Origin: Pseudomonadota bacterium
GTDB lineage: Bacteria; Pseudomonadota; Alphaproteobacteria; Sphingomonadales; Sphingomonadaceae
Reading direction: 5' to 3'
Length of the DNA: 64,000 bases
Assembly (NCBI GenBank): GCA_038748365.1
Contig: JBCDIZ010000005.1
Location: 36,092-100,091, forward strand
Below, piece after piece: positions 18,216 through 29,595 of the stretch (position 1 is the stretch's first letter; every line of letters begins with the position of its first letter). The translations under genes and the position numbers were made by a program. The notes beneath the pieces are model-generated. The model did no database searches. It saw only the letters and a list, made by a program, of their open reading frames with translations, and was not told the origin of the DNA.

Positions 18216-19220
18216 GTGCGTATAGGAGCCAGTGCATTGGCTGGTAATGCGAAGCCTGCTTTTGACCGGCGCAGCCTGCCGGATGGACTGACTGAAGGAC
18301 GCTGGACAACCCGTGATGGCTGGGATGTGCGGCATATGGACTGGCCGACGCAGAACAGTCAGCGCAGGGGCGCAATGCTGTTTATGCCGGGGCGTGGCGA
18401 TATTTATGAGAAATATCTCGAAACGCTGAATCACTATAATGCGCAGGGATGGGATCTCAGTGCATCGGATTGGCGCGGGCAGGCCGCGTCGGGGCGGATG
18501 ACCGAGAATCCGCATGTCGGTCATATTGATGATTTTGCCACCTGGATCGCTGATCTGGCCGAATATTGGTCACGCTGGAAGGCAGAGCGTGAAGGCCCTT
18601 ATGTGTTGATGGCGCATTCCATGGGCGGCCATCTGGTTGCGCGGGCATTGATTGAAGGCGTTGTGGACCCGGATGCGGTGATATTAAGCGCACCGATGCT
18701 GGGCATGGATAGTCCAGGTGGGATGCCTGTTTCATGGGGGCATAATCTGGCCAAGCTTATGCGTGCTTTCAGCAAACCGCATCGCCCCGCATGGAAGGTA
18801 AGCGAGAAGCCCAATTCGCCGGTCTCCAAACGTATGTCGCTGCTGACGCACGATCATGAGCGCTATGCCGATGAGGCGGCATGGTGGGAGAAACGTCCCG
18901 AACTGGTGATGGGCCCGGCAAGCTGGCACTGGGTTGAGCGCGCCTATGCCTCGGTGCGGCATATTCATGCGCCCGGGCAGTGGGAAAAGGTTACAACACC
19001 TGTTCTGATATTATCGACATCGGTAGACCAGCTTGTGAGCCATTCCGCTATTGAAAAAGCAGCAGCGCGTTTGCCCAATGCCAGACTGGTGACCTATGGC
19101 AAGGAATGTGCGCATGAGTTGCTGCGTGAGGTGGATGAGGTGCGCGACAAGGCGATTGCCGAGATTGATGCCTTTCTGGCCGAACAATTTGATGCGTCTC
19201 TGACCGAAGCGGCGGAATGA
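18216..19220 (+). CDS. Alpha/beta hydrolase (PldB/lysophospholipase-like)
   Basis: PGRGDIYEKY, DWRGQ, AHSMGG nucleophile motif, AHELLRE. Exact start uncertain. Confidence 0.85.
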   Translation: MRIGASALAGNAKPAFDRRSLPDGLTEGRWTTRDGWDVRHMDWPTQNSQRRGAMLFMPGRGDIYEKYLETLNHYNAQGWDLSASDWRGQAASGRMTENPHVGHIDDFATWIADLAEYWSRWKAEREGPYVLMAHSMGGHLVARALIEGVVDPDAVILSAPMLGMDSPGGMPVSWGHNLAKLMRAFSKPHRPAWKVSEKPNSPVSKRMSLLTHDHERYADEAAWWEKRPELVMGPASWHWVERAYASVRHIHAPGQWEKVTTPVLILSTSVDQLVSHSAIEKAAARLPNARLVTYGKECAHELLREVDEVRDKAIAEIDAFLAEQFDASLTEAAE

Positions 19221-20371
19221 TCGGGAATGATCATAGCTATGATGCGCTGATTGTCGGCGGGGGCATGGCTGGGGCCAGCCTGGCTTATGAACTGTCCAAA
19301 TCGATGCGGGTGGCGATTGTCGAGGCTGAAAGCGTAGCGGGCTATCACGCCACGGGCCGCTCGGCCGCCTTCTGGACCGAAAGCTATGGCGGTCTGGACA
19401 TTCAGCCGCTGACCACTGCTTCCGGGCCATGGCTCGACCGTCCGCCGCAGGATTTTGCCGAGCGAGGCTTTTTGCGCCCGCGCGGTGCGCTGACCATTGG
19501 CAAGGCAGAGGATAGCGTGGCGCTGGATAAAGAGCGTGCTCTGTTTGCCGGGCGCGGTGTGGCGATGCAGCGGCTCAGCAGTGATGCTGTTGGTGCCATT
19601 GTGCCGGGCTTGAAACCCGACTGGTGTGAAGCGATCTCAGAACCCGATTGCAGCGATATTGATGTCGCGGCATTGCATCAGGCCTATCTTGCCGGGGCGA
19701 AACGACGCGGTGCACTCCTGTTTCTCAATAGTCCGGTTAAGGCCGCCAGTTTTGGCGATGGGCAATGGCAGGTGAAGACGTCGGGCAGGGCGCTCCAAAC
19801 GCCGCTATTGATTAACGCTGCCGGAGCCTGGGCTGATAACCTGGCGGTCCTTGCTGGGGTTACGCCGCTTGGCATCACACCGTTGCGGCGGACCATTGTG
19901 CAATTGCGGATGGTGCAGAATGTGCCCGATGACCTGCCACTGGTGATTGATTTTCATGGGCAGTTTTATTTCAAGCCGGAACATGGTTCGCTGTGGCTCA
20001 GCCCGCATGATGAAACGCCGAGCGAGCCTTGTGACGCAGCACCTGAAGAATGGGATGTTGCGTTGGCGATAGAGCGGCTGGGCGAGGTTGTTGATTGGCA
20101 GATTGAAGCCGTAGAGCACCGCTGGGCCGGGCTGCGTAGCTTTGCGCCAGATCGGGTGCCGGTTTATGGATATGATGCACAGCATAGCAGCTTTTTCTGG
20201 TTCGCCGGGCAGGGTGGCTATGGCATTCAGACCGCGCCAGCAGCGGCGCGGCTGGCGGCATCGATGATCACCGGCGATACTCTGAGCGCTGTCGATGCCG
20301 CGATTGATCGCAGCCGATATGAAGCATCGCGTCTTGCCGATAGTGCCGCTTTAGCGGCCGCTTCAATGTAA
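19217..20371 (+). CDS. FAD-dependent oxidoreductase (DAO family)
   Basis: IVGGGMAG, HATGRSAA, NAAGAWAD, WAGLRSF, GQGGYGIQ. ATGA overlap with the upstream gene. Confidence 0.88.
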   Translation: MIGNDHSYDALIVGGGMAGASLAYELSKSMRVAIVEAESVAGYHATGRSAAFWTESYGGLDIQPLTTASGPWLDRPPQDFAERGFLRPRGALTIGKAEDSVALDKERALFAGRGVAMQRLSSDAVGAIVPGLKPDWCEAISEPDCSDIDVAALHQAYLAGAKRRGALLFLNSPVKAASFGDGQWQVKTSGRALQTPLLINAAGAWADNLAVLAGVTPLGITPLRRTIVQLRMVQNVPDDLPLVIDFHGQFYFKPEHGSLWLSPHDETPSEPCDAAPEEWDVALAIERLGEVVDWQIEAVEHRWAGLRSFAPDRVPVYGYDAQHSSFFWFAGQGGYGIQTAPAAARLAASMITGDTLSAVDAAIDRSRYEASRLADSAALAAASM

Positions 20372-20522
20372 AATCTCGACACTAAATCCGTGCCTTTGCA
20401 ACATCGCCGCTATGCCTTCTGGCCAAGTGTAAACTGTCTCACTATTGTTGCTCACGAATCCACATTTGCTGCTGGATTTTCATTGCCGTACCGAAATTCC
20501 ATTCACTTCTAGGAGAGCTAAA

Positions 20523-20699
20523 ATGGCGCATCATTTTGAAATTTATAAAGACAAGGCAGGCGAGTTCCGCGTGCGCTTCAAATATAACAGCGAGATCATG
20601 TTCTCCACCGAGGGCTACTCCTCGAAGAGCTCTGCGCAAAATGCGATTGATTCGATCAAGAAAAACGGCCCCGACGCGCCGGTTGAAGACAATAGCTGA
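20523..20699 (+). CDS. YegP/DUF1508 family protein
   Basis: FEIYKDKAGEFRVRF, SEGY-like TEGYSSK, IDSIKKN. RBS AGGAG before ATG 20523. Confidence 0.85.
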   Translation: MAHHFEIYKDKAGEFRVRFKYNSEIMFSTEGYSSKSSAQNAIDSIKKNGPDAPVEDNS

Positions 20700-21066
20700 C
20701 CGTAATTCTGTTTAATTGATAGTCATACCGGCGGAGACTGTTTCCCGTCACTGTTCATGAGACAGATTGAGGTGGTTTGATTGAGGAGTATTTTGGTCTC
20801 ATTATAGTGGCCGTAAGGAATGAAGATGAGACCAAAACACTCGGTAAGCAAGACACCCTGCGTGTCCCAATTTATCTGACGACAGACAGGCGGTTGAGAG
20901 CAAACAGTGTGCCCGCAGTCCCATCATTACTAAAATACTGCTACTAGGCCGTATACTTATGGATCGGCGCAGCTTGGAGTGGGGCAGTTCGATCATTTCT
21001 AACCAATTCCAAAACTTGGTCCCATAGCTTCATTGATGTTAGGAGGTTTCGAGAAGGGGCGACGCC

Positions 21067-21585
21067 ATGAAGGTTTTGCGCAATACCTCAAAGGAGTTAG
21101 TGGCGCGGCATAATGCGGGTTCCAACCTTGTTTGGGTCGTTTTTCCAATTCCAGTTCTGGCGCTCGGTGCAGTGTTCACAGACGTCGATCTAACGATAGT
21201 GCAGTTGCTTGTCCTCTTGGGCTTTATTCTAACGCTCTTAGTGATTGTCGCGGCCAAGATCGAATGGACAACGCTTCGCCTTGATCGAGCTGAGCAAAGA
21301 GCATCCATAAGTCGCCAGCGCCTGTTCGGGGAATCGTGTCATGATTTCGGCCTCGAGCAAATTACCAAAGTCAGACCAGATAGCTTTTATCATGAAACCG
21401 GTTCCGTAGGTCACCGCCTGATTTTGGAGCATCGTGAGGAAGGCCCGGGTGGCGAGATAAGCGCAATACCATTGGTAAGCGTTGCGCAAGACTGGGATGC
21501 ACAGCAAGTGGCCGATGAGATCAACGACTGGCTGATGCGGTATTCCAACGCTTCAGAGGCTTTAGACGATGCGGATATCCAGTGA
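21067..21585 (+). CDS. Hypothetical membrane protein
   Basis: Two N-terminal hydrophobic helices then a beta-rich soluble part. AGGGG RBS-like sequence upstream. Confidence 0.55.
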   Translation: MKVLRNTSKELVARHNAGSNLVWVVFPIPVLALGAVFTDVDLTIVQLLVLLGFILTLLVIVAAKIEWTTLRLDRAEQRASISRQRLFGESCHDFGLEQITKVRPDSFYHETGSVGHRLILEHREEGPGGEISAIPLVSVAQDWDAQQVADEINDWLMRYSNASEALDDADIQ

Positions 21586-21828
21586 TGGACTTACTCGCGT
21601 GCACCGACCAAGGCTATAAAGTGCAACCTTTCATCGGGGCAGTTGGGAGCAGCCTACAGAGCACTGATTGCCAATGCCGCTACTTTCGCCTCGATGTCAT
21701 CTGCGCCATGATCGCTTTCTCTATCTGATCCATGTGCGATCTCGTTGTAGAGTCTCGCAAACCTAACGATTTATGTCTTGCTCCCTCTCCCCCGGGCCTG
21801 CGCTAAGATAACGATAATTATGGAAAGG

Positions 21829-22284
21829 CTAACCTGTTATCCTCTGCGCTTCAGCCGCATTGCTAGCCAGCGTATCGGCACGTTCATTATAAAGATCGCC
21901 GGCATGGCCTTTGACCCAGTGCCATGAGACTTGATGGCGTTCCGCAGCAGTAACCAATTGCTGCCATAAATCGGCATTTTTGACCGGCTTTTTCGCTGCA
22001 GTACGCCAGCCATTTTTCTGCCAGCCGTGGATCCATTTGGTGATGCCGTCGCGGACATAGACGCTGTCGGTCGTCAGCTCGATGGTACAGGAACGGGTCA
22101 GCGCATTAAGTGCCTCAATCGCGGCGAGCAGTTCCATGCGGTTATTGGTGGTCTCCGCCTCGCCGCCGGAGAGTTCCTTTTCCTTGTCCTTGAAACGGAT
22201 TACTGCACCCCAACCACCGGGGCCGGGATTGCCTTTGCACGCCCCATCGGTAGCGATGCGCACGATATTATCCTGATCGCTCAT
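21829..22284 (-). CDS. rnhA: Ribonuclease HI
   Basis: [41 protein letters not shown]. Confidence 0.97.
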   Translation of the reverse strand: MSDQDNIVRIATDGACKGNPGPGGWGAVIRFKDKEKELSGGEAETTNNRMELLAAIEALNALTRSCTIELTTDSVYVRDGITKWIHGWQKNGWRTAAKKPVKNADLWQQLVTAAERHQVSWHWVKGHAGDLYNERADTLASNAAEAQRITG

Positions 22285-23252
22285 ACTGCAAAAATATCCG
22301 CATTTGCTGGATCACTATAAAAGGCGAGACGACGGGCAAAGGCCAACGGGTCCTTGCGGGTCACTAATGCATCGGGCGGTGTATGGATCCAGTCATAGGC
22401 ACGGCTCAGCAGAAACCGCAACGACGCGCCGCGTGCCAACAGGGCAAGGCGTGCTGCGGCAAATTCCTGCATATGGTGGGTGATCACCGAGAAATAGCCT
22501 TTCAGAAGCGCAGCGGAAATAGCTTGGTCAAAAGCGCGGCCATCTTCGGAAAAGCACCATGCTGTATGGGTTACCGCCAGATCATAGGCGCGGATGTCGG
22601 TGCAGCTGAAATAAAAGTCGATCATACCGGTGACATCATCACCGAGCATCAGCACATTATCAGGGAAGAGGTCGGCGTGAATCGCTGTCTGTGGTTCATC
22701 CGCTGGCCAATGGGCATCAATATCCGCCAGTGTAGCATTGATGGTCTCTGCCAGCCCCGCCCCAATCTCCTCCAAAGCATCTGCGCCAATATCTGCGGCC
22801 AGCTCGTGCCAGCTTTCCGGCCCCATGCTGTTGCGCCGCTGCATCGCAAAATCCCGCACTGCCTGATGCATATCACCCAGTGCCCGGCCTGCGGATAGCG
22901 CCTGTGCAGCTGTGGGTTGGGTCAAGGATATGCCGGGCAAATAGCGGATCAGGCAGGCCGTGCGTCCGGCCAAAGTCTGGATTTTCTCGCCGCTCTTATC
23001 GGCAATCATGGGTGGAACTGTGAGATCGCGTTCAGCCAGATGGTCGAGCAGAGCAATAAAGAAAGGCAGGTCAGCCGGATCAACGCGCTTTTCATAAAGC
23101 GTCAGAATATAGCGGTCCTTGCTGGTCTCGATCAGATAATTGCTGTTCTCGACGCCCTCAGCGATTCCTTTGGCAGAACGCAGGGTGCCAACATCATAGC
23201 GTTGAAGAAAGGTTGCAATATCTTCTGATGCAACGCGGGTATAAACGGCCAT
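22281..23252 (-). CDS. thrB: Homoserine kinase type II
   Basis: [31 protein letters not shown]. Conserved ispH-thrB-rnhA order. Confidence 0.95.
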   Translation of the reverse strand: MAVYTRVASEDIATFLQRYDVGTLRSAKGIAEGVENSNYLIETSKDRYILTLYEKRVDPADLPFFIALLDHLAERDLTVPPMIADKSGEKIQTLAGRTACLIRYLPGISLTQPTAAQALSAGRALGDMHQAVRDFAMQRRNSMGPESWHELAADIGADALEEIGAGLAETINATLADIDAHWPADEPQTAIHADLFPDNVLMLGDDVTGMIDFYFSCTDIRAYDLAVTHTAWCFSEDGRAFDQAISAALLKGYFSVITHHMQEFAAARLALLARGASLRFLLSRAYDWIHTPPDALVTRKDPLAFARRLAFYSDPANADIFAV

Positions 23253-23260
23253 CTTGGCTG

Positions 23261-24286
23261 TCAGGCAGCTTCGTCTTCGAGCCCACGTGGCAGCTTGAAG
23301 ACAATGCGTTCGTCAGCGGTTTTCACCATCCGCTCGGTTATGGTGAAATGCTCTCTCAGCGCGTCCACCACTTCACGCACCAGGGATTCGGGAGCCGATG
23401 CGCCCGCCGTGAGGCCCAATGTTGTGATATTTTGCAGCCAGCGTGGGTCAATATCATGCGCCCTTTGGATAAGCATCGCCTGTGTGCCTTCGCGCTCTGA
23501 CACCTCGACCAAGCGCACTGAATTTGAGCTGTTTGGCGCACCGATCACGAACACAGCGTCACACGAAGCCGCAATTGCCTTTACTGCAGCCTGACGGTTG
23601 GAAGTAGCGTAGCAAATATCCTCTGCCTTTGGCCCAACGATTTTGGGGAAGCGCACTTTCAGAGCCTCGACTATTTCCTGTGTATCATCGACCGAAAGGG
23701 TGGTTTGGGTAAGAAAGGCAAGATTGTCCTCATCTTCAGGCGCAATTTTAGCGACATCTTCGAGCGTCTCGACCAGCGTCATTGCGCCTTCTGGTACCTG
23801 ACCAAAAGTGCCGATCACCTCAGGATGGCCTTCATGGCCGATAAACAATATGTGCCGCCCATGCTCGACCTGGCGTTCAGCCTGGCGATGCACCTTGGAT
23901 ACCAATGGACAGGTAGCATCGAGATAATTGAGGCCGCGTTCAGCGGCTTTATGCGGCACCGCCTTGGGTACACCATGGGCGGAAAATACTACGGGCACGC
24001 CATCGGGCACTTCATCCAGTTCCTCGACAAACACCGCGCCCTCGGCTTTCAGGCTATCCACGACATAGCGGTTATGGACAATCTCATGCCGCACATAGAC
24101 CGGGGCGCCATATTTCTTGATGGCCAGCTGCACGATATCGATTGCCCGGTCGACACCGGCACAAAACCCGCGCGGTGCCGCTATCACGACTTCCAGAGGC
24201 GGCTTGTCACCGGATTTCTTGTCGGACGCGACGTCCACAATGACGAGAGAATCGGAAGCGTCAGTAACGGGGGGTACCGCATTCAT
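23261..24286 (-). CDS. ispH: 4-hydroxy-3-methylbut-2-enyl diphosphate reductase
   Basis: [40 protein letters not shown] near 24286; the ORF-track start at 24484 is over-extended. Confidence 0.96.
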   Translation of the reverse strand: MNAVPPVTDASDSLVIVDVASDKKSGDKPPLEVVIAAPRGFCAGVDRAIDIVQLAIKKYGAPVYVRHEIVHNRYVVDSLKAEGAVFVEELDEVPDGVPVVFSAHGVPKAVPHKAAERGLNYLDATCPLVSKVHRQAERQVEHGRHILFIGHEGHPEVIGTFGQVPEGAMTLVETLEDVAKIAPEDEDNLAFLTQTTLSVDDTQEIVEALKVRFPKIVGPKAEDICYATSNRQAAVKAIAASCDAVFVIGAPNSSNSVRLVEVSEREGTQAMLIQRAHDIDPRWLQNITTLGLTAGASAPESLVREVVDALREHFTITERMVKTADERIVFKLPRGLEDEAA

Positions 24287-24620
24287 GCCTGTGTCTCTTT
24301 CCTGTCGCCCGTCCGTTATGGCAAGGCTGTTGCACCTAAACAGAATATCGCCCTGCATGCGCAGCAGGTGATTTAAAATCAACCTCATGTATGATTTAGA
24401 TGACCTCGGATAACATTTCAACTTGCTTGAAAATGCTATGGGTTCTGAGGCTGTGTCTTGCCAGAGCCATTCATCTTCTATCATGCTGTTCCGGAGTAAG
24501 ACTGATTATAGCGCACAGGCTGCCTTTGCACAGCGGTTTTGCCGATAGGGCTTTGATTGTCGGCGTAGAGCGGATAAAGGCTCTGCTGCATGGGGATTAG
24601 TGAGAAGAAATGAGAGCAAT

Positions 24621-25274
24621 ATGGCAAAAACCAATGGAATAATCGGGGCCGCGATTCTGGCTGGCGCGCTACTGGCCGGATGCGCAGGGGATGACCAGCT
24701 GGTGGTCGATCAGGGCGTCGGTATTACCCGCACGCTTTCTACGTGCCCTGATGTTGGCATTCCCGCTTATACCGGTGATGTGACGCTGTTTAACCCCCGT
24801 GAAAGCCGCGATGCCAGCGCCATCGATATTGTCGCCAATGTCACCAATTTGCGTTCTACCTGCAATGAAGGGCCGGAAAAGCTCTACACTGAAGTGACAT
24901 TTGACGTCATCGCCAGTCGCCGCGATGCAGGCCCGGCGCGTACTGTGCGTTTGCCCTATTTCTCATCGGTGCTGCGCGGCGGCTCTGCAGTGATTTCCAA
25001 GCGGATCGGCGCGGTGACACTGCAATTTGCCCAAGGCGAAACCCGTGCCAGCGCCAGCGGCAAGGCAGGTGCCTTTGTCGATCGCGCGACGGCGACACTG
25101 CCTGAAGATATCCAGCAGCTGATCACCGAGCGACGCCGCGATGGCGACCAATCTGCCGCGATTGACCCGCTGTCGCGCCCCGAGGTGCAGGCTGCCATAC
25201 AGCGCGCGACATTTGAGGTGTTGATCGGCTTCCAGCTGACTCAGGACCAGCTGCAATATAATGCCACGCGCTAA
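24621..25274 (+). CDS. Conserved hypothetical lipoprotein
   Basis: Lipobox LLAGC, CP...GD-x-T-x-F motif, C-terminal GFQLT. Divergent from ispH. Confidence 0.7.
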   Translation: MAKTNGIIGAAILAGALLAGCAGDDQLVVDQGVGITRTLSTCPDVGIPAYTGDVTLFNPRESRDASAIDIVANVTNLRSTCNEGPEKLYTEVTFDVIASRRDAGPARTVRLPYFSSVLRGGSAVISKRIGAVTLQFAQGETRASASGKAGAFVDRATATLPEDIQQLITERRRDGDQSAAIDPLSRPEVQAAIQRATFEVLIGFQLTQDQLQYNATR

Positions 25275-25315
25275 TAGCGCTGGCGCAATCCGCATTTCCC
25301 GAAAGCCCATTTGCT

Positions 25316-27052
25316 ATGACGCTTTACGCCCAATTTGCTGACCATCTGAATGCCGCGCTGGATACGCTGGTTGCTGATGGCGCTTTGCCTGCCGATGCCA
25401 ATCGCGCTCCGGTGACAGTAGAGCCACCGCGTGATGCGGCACATGGTGATCTGTCGACCAATGCGGCTATGGTGCTGGCCAAACAGGCGCAGATGAAGCC
25501 GCGCGATTTTGCCGAGAAGCTGGCAGTGGAGCTTGGGAAGCTCGACGATGTGGCATCGGTTGAGATTGCCGGTCCGGGCTTTATCAATATGCGGCTTGCC
25601 GATGCGGTATGGCATGGAGAGTTGCACGAAATTGCGTCTGCGGGTGCTGATTATGGCCGTCCACAAGTGCCTGCTACGGGCACAGTCAATGTCGAATATG
25701 TCTCTGCCAATCCCACCGGCCCGATGCATATGGGTCATTGCCGTGGTGCTGTTGTTGGCGATGCGCTGGCCAGCCTGCTCGAATATGCCGGGCATGACGT
25801 CACCCGCGAATATTATGTCAATGATGCTGGCGGGCAGGTCGATGTTCTCGCTCGTTCGGCGCATTTGCGATATCTGGAGGCGCTGGGCCGGGATATCGGT
25901 GAGATACCCGAAGGGCTGTATCCCGGCGACTATCTGATCCCGGTGGGCGAGCGCCTGGCCAAAGAGCATGGCGATACCTATGCCGATGCGCCCGAGGAAG
26001 AATGGCTGGTGCTGTTCCGGCGCGAGGCGGTGGCCGATATGCTGGTTATGATCCGTGATGATCTGGCGTTGCTTGGCATCAATCATGATGTGTTTGCCTC
26101 TGAGGCGGAGTTGCAGGCTGCCGGCAAGCCCGAAGCGGCCGAGAAATTCCTGCGCGAGCGTGATTTGGTGTTTGACGGTCTGCTCGAAGCGCCCAAGGGC
26201 AAGACGCCAGAGGAATTAGGCTCAGATTGGGAACCGGTGGAGCTGCCGCTGTTCCGCTCGACGCAATTTGGCGATGATCAGGACCGTCCGATCCGCAAAT
26301 CAGATGGCCGTTGGACTTATTTCGGTGCCGATATGGCCTATCATTTCCAAAAAGCGGAAAAAGCCGATGCCCTGATCAATATCTGGGGCGCGGACCATGC
26401 CGGCACGGTCAAGCGTATCAAGGCGGCGGTTGAAGCGCTGACCGAGGGCAAGACGCAGTTTGATATCAAGCTGGTGCAGATGGTGCGGCTGCTGCGCGAT
26501 GGTGAGCCGGTGAAAATGTCGAAGCGCTCGGGCAAATTTGTGACGCTGGCCGATGTTGTCAATGAGGTTGGCAAGGATGTCGTGCGCTTCACCATGCTGA
26601 CGCGCAAGGCCGATGCGCAGATGGATTTTGACTTTGCCAAGGTGGTTGAGGCGTCCAAGGACAATCCGGTTTTCTATGTGCAATATGCCCATGCGCGTAT
26701 CTGTTCGACACTGCGCAAGGCTGAAGCCGAAGGCATTATGCCATCGCCCGATCATCTCGACCGGCTCGGTGAGGAGGATTTGGCGCTGGTCAAATTGCTA
26801 GCGCAATGGCCGCGGATCATCGAATCGGCAGCCTCCGCGCGTGAGCCGCATCGCATCGCCTTTTACCTGCATGATCTGGCCGCAGTCTATCACGCCTTCT
26901 TCAATCTCGGCCATGATCAGACTGATAAACGTGTCCTGATATTGGACGATCCTGAAATCAGCTCCGCAAGACTTTTCTTAAGCGCTAATATCAGGCAGAT
27001 ATTGCGCAACGGTCTGGCGCTTATGGGCGTTGAGGCCGTAGACAAGATGTAG
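25316..27052 (+). CDS. argS: Arginine--tRNA ligase
   Basis: HGDLSTNAA, EYVSANPTGPMHMGH, GADH, MSKRSG, YVQYAHAR. Confidence 0.97.
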   Translation: MTLYAQFADHLNAALDTLVADGALPADANRAPVTVEPPRDAAHGDLSTNAAMVLAKQAQMKPRDFAEKLAVELGKLDDVASVEIAGPGFINMRLADAVWHGELHEIASAGADYGRPQVPATGTVNVEYVSANPTGPMHMGHCRGAVVGDALASLLEYAGHDVTREYYVNDAGGQVDVLARSAHLRYLEALGRDIGEIPEGLYPGDYLIPVGERLAKEHGDTYADAPEEEWLVLFRREAVADMLVMIRDDLALLGINHDVFASEAELQAAGKPEAAEKFLRERDLVFDGLLEAPKGKTPEELGSDWEPVELPLFRSTQFGDDQDRPIRKSDGRWTYFGADMAYHFQKAEKADALINIWGADHAGTVKRIKAAVEALTEGKTQFDIKLVQMVRLLRDGEPVKMSKRSGKFVTLADVVNEVGKDVVRFTMLTRKADAQMDFDFAKVVEASKDNPVFYVQYAHARICSTLRKAEAEGIMPSPDHLDRLGEEDLALVKLLAQWPRIIESAASAREPHRIAFYLHDLAAVYHAFFNLGHDQTDKRVLILDDPEISSARLFLSANIRQILRNGLALMGVEAVDKM

Positions 27053-27106
27053 CCATGTCGGCCTCCCGCTTATCGGGAAGGGGCATGAGAGGGAGACAAA
27101 AGCATC

Positions 27107-27721
27107 ATGAACGATGCAAATGCCATGGACGCCCAGAATGGGCGGCTGGATCTGGATGATGATGCCGATCGTCTGCCCTGGCTCGAATCGGCAGAGGATT
27201 ATGAGGGTGATACGGTGTCACCACTGCGCCTGCTGGGCCTTCTTCTACTCGGTTTGGTTATCATTGGCGCTATTGTCGCTGCGATCTACTACTATCAGCA
27301 GCGTGATCAACAGGTCGCTACAGCAGGTCAGGGTGAACTGATCCGGGCCCCTGAAGGTGATTACAAGGTGCCGCCTGAAGATGCTGGCGGCAAAACCTTT
27401 GAAGGCACGGGCGATGCCAGCCCCGCCGCCGCTGAGGGGCAGGAACAGGTCGCGGCGCTTGCCGGTGACGACAAAAAGGCAGTCGATGGGGTTTTGGTGC
27501 AGCTTGGCGCTTATGGCAGCCGCGCCAAGGCGGATACCGGCTGGATCATGCTCTCCGGGCGTTATGACTATGTCAAAGCGCTGCCCAATCGCGTCGCTTC
27601 GGCTGTTGTAGAAGGCGCAACCGTCTATCGCCTGAGCGTTGTCGCGCCTGATGCGGCTTCCGCGCAAGATGTATGCAACAAGTTGAAAAATGCCGGGCAA
27701 AGCTGTTTGGTTGTACGCTAA
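27107..27721 (+). CDS. SPOR domain-containing protein
   Basis: LPWLE, single TM helix, VQLGAY, C-terminal C...C pair. Conserved argS-SPOR-nagZ order. Confidence 0.85.
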   Translation: MNDANAMDAQNGRLDLDDDADRLPWLESAEDYEGDTVSPLRLLGLLLLGLVIIGAIVAAIYYYQQRDQQVATAGQGELIRAPEGDYKVPPEDAGGKTFEGTGDASPAAAEGQEQVAALAGDDKKAVDGVLVQLGAYGSRAKADTGWIMLSGRYDYVKALPNRVASAVVEGATVYRLSVVAPDAASAQDVCNKLKNAGQSCLVVR

Positions 27722-27760
27722 CCATGTATAGATGCTCTCCATGACTATGGAGATTATGCA

Positions 27761-28777
27761 GTGAAGCCGGTTATTTTCGGCATGTCCGGGCTGGAACTGA
27801 CCGTCGATGAGCGGGCATTTTTCAAAGACGCAAACCCTGCGGGCTATATCATCTTCGGCCGCAATATAGAGAGCCGCGAGCAGTTGCGCGCGCTCACCGA
27901 TGATTTGCGGGCTTTGCAAGGCGATGATCGGCTGATGATCATGATCGATCAGGAAGGGGGCCGGGTGCAGCGGATGAAACCGCCGCTCTGGCCCGCTTAT
28001 CCGGCGTCAGGCAGCTTTGCCGCACTATATCAGACCGCACCGATCAGCGCCTTGGAGGCCGCGCGCGTTAACGCCATGGCACTGGCGCTTGATCTCGCTG
28101 AAGTCGGCATCACTGTCGATTGTGCGCCAATGATCGATGTGCGCCAGCCCGGCAGCAATGATGCGGTGATTGGTGATCGTGCTTTTGGTAATGATCCGAT
28201 GATGGTTGCTGCCATGGGCCGTGCGACGCTGGATGGCTTACGCGATGGCGGTGTGCTTGGTATTGTCAAACATATGCCGGGTCATGGCCGGGCGCTGGTC
28301 GACAGCCATCATGATCTGCCGGTGGTTCCCGATGATGCGGAAACATTGGCCGAGACGGATCTGACACCCTTTGTTGCGCTGAATGATGCGTTGATGGGCA
28401 TGACCGGGCATATTGTCTTCCCCGCCTGGGATAAGGATCGTCCCGCGACGCTGTCACCTGTCATTATTGAACAGATTATCCGTGGCCAGATTGGCTTTGA
28501 CGGCCTGTTGTTCAGCGATGATCTTGATATGAAGGCGCTGTCCGGCACTGTGCCTGATCGCGCTGTTGCCTGTGTCGAGGCGGGTTGCGATATCGCGCTG
28601 AACTGCTGGGGCGTGATGGAGCATATGATCGAAATGACTGATCGCCTACCCGATATCAGTGACGCAACGCAGGCGCGATTGGACCGCGTTTTGGAAGCGA
28701 TGCCACCGCTTAACACTGTGGTTGATGAACGCGAAGCGCTGATCGCCAAGCGCGACAGCCTGATGGCGCTAGCCTGA
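27761..28777 (+). CDS. nagZ: Beta-N-acetylhexosaminidase
   Basis: IDQEGGRVQR, KHMPGHG, DSH, FSDDLDM. Confidence 0.95.
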   Translation: MKPVIFGMSGLELTVDERAFFKDANPAGYIIFGRNIESREQLRALTDDLRALQGDDRLMIMIDQEGGRVQRMKPPLWPAYPASGSFAALYQTAPISALEAARVNAMALALDLAEVGITVDCAPMIDVRQPGSNDAVIGDRAFGNDPMMVAAMGRATLDGLRDGGVLGIVKHMPGHGRALVDSHHDLPVVPDDAETLAETDLTPFVALNDALMGMTGHIVFPAWDKDRPATLSPVIIEQIIRGQIGFDGLLFSDDLDMKALSGTVPDRAVACVEAGCDIALNCWGVMEHMIEMTDRLPDISDATQARLDRVLEAMPPLNTVVDEREALIAKRDSLMALA

Positions 28778-29595
28778 TGAGTGAGAGTGAGACTGACACT
28801 CCTGATATAGACGATGCTGCATGGGAGGCGGAGGCTCCACCACGCCGCCTCGCCGAGAATGAACCGGAACAGTTGCAAATAGATGTTGAGGGCTGGGAAG
28901 GGCCGCTTGATGTCTTGCTCAGCCTTGCGCGCAACCAGAAGGTCGATCTCATGGAGATATCGATCCTTGAGTTGGTGCGGCAATATCTTGATTTTATCAA
29001 CAATGCCGAGGCGTTGAAGCTGGAACTTGCCGCCGATTATCTGGTGATGGCGGCATGGCTAACCTATCTCAAATCGGCGCTGTTGCTGCCCAAAGACCCC
29101 GAGGTTGATCCATCACCTGAAGAGCTGGCATTGCAACTGCAATTGCGATTGCAACGGCTGCAGGCCATGCGCGAATCCGGCGCGCGGCTGATGGCGCGTG
29201 ACCGGCTGGGGCGCGATGTTTTTGCACGCGGGGCGCCGGAGGGTCTGAAGCAGTTGACCGAAACCCGCTGGACCGCCTCGCTCTATGATCTGATGCAGGG
29301 CTATGCCGATGTGAAGATGCGCACCGCGCCTGCTGTCCATATTGTCCAGACCCGGCCGGTGATGGCGCTGGAGGAGGCATTGCAGCGCGTTTCCAATCTG
29401 GTCGGTGCTGCGCTTGACTGGACCGAATTATCCACTTTTCTGCCGCCGGAATTTCACGGGCAGTTGCGCCGTTCGGCTATGGCATCCAGCTTTGCTGCCG
29501 TGCTGGAACTGGCGCGCAATGGACGGGTTGATCTGCGTCAGGAAGAGACATTCGGGCCATTGCAATTGCGGGCACGCAGTGAGGCAGTGACATGA
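28777..29595 (+). CDS. scpA: Segregation and condensation protein A
   Basis: WEGPLDVLL, AADYLVMAAWL, SFAAVLELA. Confidence 0.95.
   Translation: MSESETDTPDIDDAAWEAEAPPRRLAENEPEQLQIDVEGWEGPLDVLLSLARNQKVDLMEISILELVRQYLDFINNAEALKLELAADYLVMAAWLTYLKSALLLPKDPEVDPSPEELALQLQLRLQRLQAMRESGARLMARDRLGRDVFARGAPEGLKQLTETRWTASLYDLMQGYADVKMRTAPAVHIVQTRPVMALEEALQRVSNLVGAALDWTELSTFLPPEFHGQLRRSAMASSFAAVLELARNGRVDLRQEETFGPLQLRARSEAVT

Noticed and set aside
20786-20842. Resemblance of GAGACCAAAAC to a type II CRISPR repeat end
   Set aside because: Only one inverted pair, no direct-repeat array and no cas genes.
21600-21800. Possible gene fragment (RFARLYNEIAHG...) on the minus strand
   Set aside because: No start codon, short and unassignable; cannot support a pseudogene call.
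24287-24484. N-terminal extension of IspH
   Set aside because: No homology-like features. It overlaps the divergent promoter region, and the conserved domain starts after ATG 24286.
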